Below are positions 58,806-64,000 of a DNA stretch of 64,000 nucleotides, piece after piece; within the stretch, counting starts at the first letter, position 1, and the number at the start of each line of letters is the position of its first letter. A program made the position numbers and the translations under genes. The notes beneath the pieces were generated by a model that saw only the letters and a program-made list of their open reading frames with translations, did not search any database and had not been told where the DNA came from. Source of the stretch: an uncultured Gammaproteobacteria bacterium (lineage in GTDB: Bacteria > Patescibacteriota > Patescibacteriia > UBA9934); contig CAZREA010000004.1 in the NCBI GenBank assembly GCA_964599455.1, positions 1,628 through 65,627 of the forward strand, in the 5' to 3' direction.

Positions 58806-59004
58806 GCCACGTCACCACCTGACCCAGCAAAACATCACCCCCGTGCGGTGATCCTGCTGCGCGCGGGTGGTGTTTTGTTTAGGGGATAAAGGTAGAATAT
58901 ATTCTTGTTTACCGCGTATTTTTCTCCCTTCATCCTCACTTTCATAAAATTAAATAATACCTCTAATATCAGCCAAATATTCACCCTTTCATCAAGAGAA
59001 ATAC

Positions 59005-59033
59005 TTGACGAAAGGGTAAAAATATGATATAAA
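59005..59033 (+). promoter_or_regulatory. Sigma70-type promoter
   Basis: TTGACG-17 nt-TATAAA with extended TG at 59025-59026. Confidence 0.75.
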
Positions 59034-59039
59034 ATGTGC

Positions 59040-59702
59040 ATGATACGGAGCTGATCCATCACGGATCAAGCCGGATCAGTGAAAGGAGGTGAAACAACTT
59101 CTTTTCCGGGGAGGCTCTCAAGCTCCCCAATGCCCCAGACGCCCCTGCTAAGCGGGGGCACGATCAAGATGCGCCAGGAGTCGAGAGGAGTCGCCAAGAC
59201 TCTCGCGTCAACGGCAACGTTGATTCAACATTGGCAAAGCCGGACGAATGCGAGTAGGGGAGGTTAGCCGACCTCCCGTGGTGGAGTAATCCATCGCCCC
59301 TAAGGCTAGAGCCTCTCTCTCCTAATCGGGAGGATGATGGCTCGACTCGCAGCTTGCTGCGAGCCTTGTGGGAGTAAAACGTCGATGAGGGGTTGTTATG
59401 CTGAGCCCCTCAACCTTTCAGTGCATTAGGCGCTGAAAGAGGCCAGAATCAGTAAAAAATCTCACAGGCTCTCACGATCCGAAAGGATGAGCCAATGAGA
59501 TGTTTCGCACGGTGACGTGTGAACGGCGGCAACAACTTCCTTCGTGAAAGGAAGTCAAGGCCAAACTCTGTCGGATAAAGCGTCCGCAACTGACAGAGCA
59601 ATGTGATTCCCCTCGACTGCATTGAGTGCGAGGGTGAGTCACGCGGATTAGTCTTCTAGACCATCGTGTATGCGGCAACGCAGACGATGGTCGCTTTTTT
59701 TT
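59040..59702 (+). ncRNA. Candidate large structured ncRNA (~660 nt), class unknown
   Basis: Promoter- and terminator-bounded; ~15 hairpins, several with GNRA loops; no credible ORF. Confidence 0.7.
59659..59702 (+). terminator. Intrinsic terminator of the candidate ncRNA
   Basis: GACCATCGT..GCAA..ACGATGGTC followed by T8. Confidence 0.82.
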
Positions 59703-59766
59703 ATCCCTTGAAACCGATGAACGCGCTTTATGTTACTATCTTGGGGTATTTTGATTTGATTTTTCT

Positions 59767-60630
59767 ATGTCAAAACAGCATCTTCACGCGCTCGGCGTCC
59801 TCGCCCTTTGTTCGGCGGGTTGCGAAAGACCGCCAGAATCTTTTCCTTTAACTGATGATCAGAAAGATGAAGTCGTTGCACATGCTGAAAAGATAGAGAG
59901 AACTGCGCCATTTATGGTTGCCCTCATGAAGTATTCATATGAGGATTATCAATTTGGCAAACGAAAAAAAGAGGGTATAGATGAGGCGGAAGAGGATCTT
60001 TACGCTTCTTTGGATGACTTATGGAGTTTTATCGAGCGTGATCGTGTATATGGTTTTCATGGAGAGAATTTTCGTGATGGTACCATCGCCGCATCTATAC
60101 AGCGGCGTATTTTAAACTTCCGTGAATATATAACGATTGATGTGGATGGGTTCGAAGCGATTACGAGTTCAATGCTATTCCACGAAACCGGACATCTCGA
60201 AACTTTTCATCACAAAAAATCTCTTGAAGATGCGATTTTAGCGTTTAATGCGGAAAATGAAGCCTCATACGCCAATGACCCTGACATCATTCGCCTAATC
60301 GCTGATCAACAAGATTTTCCCTATCTACTGACGGTTTTTGGAGAATTTGCCGATGTGTTATTAGACAGCATTGAATCTCAAGTAGAATCTAGAGATCTTT
60401 CCGATCTTTCTCTTGAAAAAGAAAGAGACATTTGGCTCGAGAATGAGACTTCGCGGTTGACCGAAATGAAAGCTCCGGCTATGGATGCATTGGGAATTAC
60501 GGAAGAGGAATTGAAGGAGTCGTTGCGAGAATCCAAGATGTTTGATTACAAGAAAGAATTGTACAACGAGCGGAAAAGAGAATTGGGAGAAAAAATACGA
60601 AATGATGCACCAAAACCTGCAAAACGTTAG
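59767..60630 (+). CDS. Putative lipoprotein with HExxH motif
   Basis: Lipobox-like LCSAGC; LFHETGH zincin-type motif. Confidence 0.65.
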   Translation: MSKQHLHALGVLALCSAGCERPPESFPLTDDQKDEVVAHAEKIERTAPFMVALMKYSYEDYQFGKRKKEGIDEAEEDLYASLDDLWSFIERDRVYGFHGENFRDGTIAASIQRRILNFREYITIDVDGFEAITSSMLFHETGHLETFHHKKSLEDAILAFNAENEASYANDPDIIRLIADQQDFPYLLTVFGEFADVLLDSIESQVESRDLSDLSLEKERDIWLENETSRLTEMKAPAMDALGITEEELKESLRESKMFDYKKELYNERKRELGEKIRNDAPKPAKR

Positions 60631-60671
60631 AAAGAGGCGCTATAAGGATTCTTCTGGCGAATACAAGAAGT

Positions 60672-61424
60672 TTACTGAACAGCTTCGTAGCGCCGTTTCA
60701 ATGCTTCGATCTGTTCATTCGATCCGCAGACGACCGACAAAAATATCCTTGCTTCATGCAGTGGGGGTTCGGAATGCACTTTCGCATTCTCATCTCCTAC
60801 GAGATAGATCGTTGCGTGATGTTCTTTAACCCGTTCAGTTTCGTGCACGATCGCATCGAGCTCTCTTCTTAAACGAGTGTCTTCTTTCTCAATTTCTTCG
60901 GGATCTGCATCCTCTCTCGCATAATTTTCAGCAATCTCGCGAGAAAGTTGTTGAAACTTTTCTTTATCTTTTATCTCGGCAAAACGGGAGGGAGGGCCTT
61001 TTACTGCAAAAACTAATTTGTACGTTTTTTCTTCAGATGAAAAATATTTTCCATCAACGTGCCATCTCGGAAGATCAAAAGTATCATCGGGCAATGTAAC
61101 TCTCACCATAACCCATGCAGCTTCTTGATGAAGTTTTTTTCGCACATCTTCAGCTATTCGTGCGATAAAACGAGAAAGAGTGATGATGCTTTCTTTGCGG
61201 TTACCTTCCAGCTGAGAGAGATGAGCGATGAGATTTTCTAAAAGTTCATGATCTATTGGTCCGTAATGATTAAATTGAGGAAGCTCTTTTTGAATAATGA
61301 TTTCCCGTATGCTCTCCTGTTCTTCTGGAGTGAATCCGACATCAAACGACACGATACCCCTTTCTTTGAGGATCTCCATGTTGTTTTTTAATTGCTCTCG
61401 TCCTTCTTTTTCTGAATAGTGCAT
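60672..61424 (-). CDS. Putative 2OG-Fe(II) oxygenase-fold protein
   Basis: PRWHVDG...VHSEP...RIFLS (HxD..H..R pattern). Confidence 0.6.
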   Translation of the reverse strand: MHYSEKEGREQLKNNMEILKERGIVSFDVGFTPEEQESIREIIIQKELPQFNHYGPIDHELLENLIAHLSQLEGNRKESIITLSRFIARIAEDVRKKLHQEAAWVMVRVTLPDDTFDLPRWHVDGKYFSSEEKTYKLVFAVKGPPSRFAEIKDKEKFQQLSREIAENYAREDADPEEIEKEDTRLRRELDAIVHETERVKEHHATIYLVGDENAKVHSEPPLHEARIFLSVVCGSNEQIEALKRRYEAVQ

Positions 61425-61556
61425 ATTGCTTCATCTTAACGAAAGTCGTTCTATACAATCAAATTTCATAAAGAAGCTGCTCTAAAGAGTTTCTTTATCC
61501 ACCTATTTCTTTTTGTAAAAAAAGCAAAATGATTTACTCTGGTAGAAGAATATTTA

Positions 61557-62045
61557 ATGGCATCGTTCAATATGAAACTAGTATCAGAAACGTATATGGG
61601 ACCAGATGGGAAGACAAACTTTTTGGGTGAGTTGGCAGTTCTTGAAGCGTATGAATATCCAAGGCGTGCGATGAAGGATGGTAAATGGGTCTACGATGCA
61701 CGAAGAGATAGCGATGATAATAATATGTTCAGGGCGGCTACGTTGGCTGAGCAACTGTTGGCACGAGGTGATTATCAAAATGCTCTTCGGGCGGCGCAGG
61801 TAGAGGTGCGTTTTGGATGCGCGATTCTTGATCAATCGGGACAGCACGCTTATCAAATCGCCGAAATGGCGCTTGCGAATAATGATTGGGAAGGTTTTCG
61901 CGCGGCACTTGAAGCTGCTCGTGGCATGGGTGCGTGGGCGTATGATCCTGCACGAACAATACGAGAAATGGGTATAGAGCGAGCACGAACAACCGGAAAT
62001 ACTGAAATGCTTGCAAAGTTAGAAGATGAAGCTGCAAGAGAGTAA
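61557..62045 (+). CDS. Hypothetical helical protein
   Basis: 162-aa ORF; bidirectional terminator at 62046-62078. Confidence 0.6.
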   Translation: MASFNMKLVSETYMGPDGKTNFLGELAVLEAYEYPRRAMKDGKWVYDARRDSDDNNMFRAATLAEQLLARGDYQNALRAAQVEVRFGCAILDQSGQHAYQIAEMALANNDWEGFRAALEAARGMGAWAYDPARTIREMGIERARTTGNTEMLAKLEDEAARE

Positions 62046-62084
62046 TAAAAATACCGAGTCTATACTCGGTATTTTTATGAAAGA

Positions 62085-63206
62085 TTATGAAATGTTGTTC
62101 AAGGATTGCACTATCTCCTCTCGAATATTTGCTAATGATTTCTCTTTTTCAAAACTACACATTACCAAGTCCCGTGTTCCTTCCATTTTTGTTGCTGCAC
62201 AGAGCTGGCGAGCATCAAGCGGACGATTGACGGCAACCAAAGCACGATTTGCCTGCTCATCTTCAAAAAGAAGTACCACGATTTTGGCCTCAGCCGTTGA
62301 TTGTAAAAGCTCTTGAGCGATTTCTTCCAAATGATCAGGCGTTGTGTGCGTTTTGAAAAAATCATCGCGACCAATGGTGCTTGTAAAGATGCCTGGCGCA
62401 ACTTCTTCAATTCGTGAAAAAACTGTTCCCCACAAGCGCATTGCGTCGACTGATCTTGTGCGATACAGGTTTTCCATGATGTGCATTCGTTCAGCTCCTC
62501 GCTCGATGAGTTTCGCTGAAGTGGCAAGTGTTGCCGAGGTGACGCGATCGCTGCGAAAGTTTTTGGTTTTGGCAATCATGCCGGTAAGCAGACAGGTAGC
62601 CACATGATTGGCGACCGATTCGGGTGAAAGCGACAGAAGGAGATTGGCACACGCTTCGCTGACCGAACCTGCTTGTGTATCAATACTATTCCAACGCCCG
62701 TATTCTTCATTGGAAGGGTGCCAATCAATGTTGAGAATCGGCATGGTGCTTAAGCTATCGGCATGATCACGGAAAAGAGAGCCAAGACTACTTAATTCGC
62801 GAGTGCCAAGGGTAATGAGCAAATCGTGCGCAGCAACACCGTGTTGCAAGCTGATGTTGTTGGCGGTGAGGGTACCTTCTTCTGGCGTTAACACAAGTGA
62901 AGTAAAGCCATTGTGTTCCATGCGTTCAACGGAACGTAATTTCATGCCCTGCGGCAAACTCACAGCCAAAGAGCGCAAATGCACGAGCGACGAAACAAGT
63001 GAGAGTTGTTGAATGAGAAATTGCAGCGACGAGGGTATGTTTTTTTCGCAGGCAATGAGTGTTTGTTTGCCGAGCGATGAAAGTACATGAGCTAAAGCGC
63101 ATGCTGCCGCAAAGCTATCGGCATCAGTATTGGCTGGTAAGGCAATAAGTGGTCGACGGGTGTCGAGCAGAATATCGTGAATTTGGGTAGAAAGATCTTT
63201 AGCCAC
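62085..63206 (-). CDS. DHH-family (NrnA-like) phosphoesterase, divergent
   Basis: DADS, LNIDWH, ATCLLTGMIAKTKNF. Confidence 0.8.
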   Translation of the reverse strand: MAKDLSTQIHDILLDTRRPLIALPANTDADSFAAACALAHVLSSLGKQTLIACEKNIPSSLQFLIQQLSLVSSLVHLRSLAVSLPQGMKLRSVERMEHNGFTSLVLTPEEGTLTANNISLQHGVAAHDLLITLGTRELSSLGSLFRDHADSLSTMPILNIDWHPSNEEYGRWNSIDTQAGSVSEACANLLLSLSPESVANHVATCLLTGMIAKTKNFRSDRVTSATLATSAKLIERGAERMHIMENLYRTRSVDAMRLWGTVFSRIEEVAPGIFTSTIGRDDFFKTHTTPDHLEEIAQELLQSTAEAKIVVLLFEDEQANRALVAVNRPLDARQLCAATKMEGTRDLVMCSFEKEKSLANIREEIVQSLNNIS

Positions 63207-63319
63207 AGGATGGGGGATGATAAGGGAGGAAGGGGAGAGCGGTCAAGAAGGGAGGGGATTGAGGCGCTTCTCCCTCCTGCCAGGAGGGAGATTAAGAGGG
63301 AGGCGAGCGAAGGAATATA

Positions 63320-63390
63320 CTAGGCCCTTCGCATTCGCTCAGGGTCTGTTCGCTCGTCTTACCTTGCCCAACTAGCCAAACTAGCCTACT
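63320..63390. repeat. REP-like family C, copy 2
   Basis: See 51376-51461. Confidence 0.65.
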
Positions 63391-63419
63391 TTATTTGTTT
63401 TCGCTACAATCACCACACT

Positions 63420-64000
63420 ATGCTCGAGATGCCCAAGGCCTACGATCCTCATCTTGTTGAAGATACCTTATATAGTCGATGGTTGGAAAGTGGATATTTT
63501 AATCCCGATAAGCTTCCGGGAGATCGAAGAGAGATTTTTTCCATCATGATGCCGCCGCCAAACGTGACGGGCGTTCTTCATCTTGGGCACGCACTGGAAA
63601 ATTCTCTCATGGATGCCATGGCACGTTATCAGCGTTTGCTTGGCAAAAAGGTGCTTCTTATTCCCGGAACCGATCATGCCGCTTTGCCTACACAGGCAAA
63701 AGTAGAAAAGATGTTAATGAGTGACGGCATGAAAAATCCTCGTCAGGAATTAGGTCGCGAGGCGCTGGTCGCAAAAATTCGCGCATTTGCTGAAGATTCA
63801 AAAGCGACCATTCTCAAGCAAGTGAAAAAAATGGGAACCAGTGCGGATTGGTCCAGGTTGGCGTACACGTTTGATGAAGATCGCAATAAAGCCGTCAACA
63901 AGCTTTTTACCCGCATGTACGAAGATGGTCTTATTTATCGCGGCTTTCGTGTAGTCAATTGGTCGGTCAAAGGGCAATCCACTTCATCCGACGATGAAAT
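63420..64000 (+). CDS. valS: Valyl-tRNA synthetase (3' partial)
   Basis: Hand translation MLEMPKAYDP..PPPNVTGVLHLGHA..PGTDHA..DW; runs off the window. Confidence 0.95.
   Translation, partial: MLEMPKAYDPHLVEDTLYSRWLESGYFNPDKLPGDRREIFSIMMPPPNVTGVLHLGHALENSLMDAMARYQRLLGKKVLLIPGTDHAALPTQAKVEKMLMSDGMKNPRQELGREALVAKIRAFAEDSKATILKQVKKMGTSADWSRLAYTFDEDRNKAVNKLFTRMYEDGLIYRGFRVVNWSVKGQSTSSDDE

Noticed and set aside
59079-59678. Short ORFs 59079-59267 (+) and 59472-59678 (-) as proteins
   Set aside because: No SD at proper spacing, unnatural composition, and they cross dense RNA helices
59040-59702. tmRNA, group I/II intron or DGR template repeat identity for the structured region
   Set aside because: No tRNA-like ends or CCA, no recognisable P7 or domain V motif, no interrupted host gene, and no similarity to the VR-like segment at 39744-39851 (by eye only)
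1-64000. CRISPR array, transposase, integrase or reverse transcriptase
   Set aside because: No regularly spaced direct repeats, and no ORF with recognisable Cas, DDE, tyrosine/serine recombinase or RT motifs

Overview
Chromosomal window from a reduced-genome bacterium. Gene content suggests CPR/Patescibacteria, probably Parcubacteria/ABY1 (inference): split transketolase with rpe/rpiB/pfkB/DUF2090, type-2 IleRS, archaeal-type Cmk, DUF4012/DUF11 surface proteins, a T4SS-pilin-like protein and tRNA-Ile(UAU). Housekeeping genes include ileS, trpS, partial valS, rnj, ruvA, rplS, secG, two pseudouridine synthases, glycosyltransferases, rnpB and four tRNAs. They are interleaved with many orphan genes that carry their own promoter, SD and terminator. 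No CRISPR array, transposase, integrase or reverse transcriptase was seen. The best candidate for an undescribed system is a ~660-nt intergenic unit (59040-59702) between a near-consensus sigma70 promoter and an intrinsic terminator, packed with hairpins and GNRA tetraloops and lacking a credible ORF: a candidate large structured ncRNA. Other notable signals: an orphan DGR-target-like gene; three tandem paralogues sharing an unrecognised N-terminal domain and homologous terminators; an RNase P RNA with a 58-nt two-hairpin insertion; tRNA-adjacent palindromic elements; a duplicated ileS 3' end; a leader-peptide attenuator; a proteasome-beta-like orphan; and a CCA-enzyme homologue lacking its catalytic DxD. 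All calls are by-eye motif recognition; no database searches were run.
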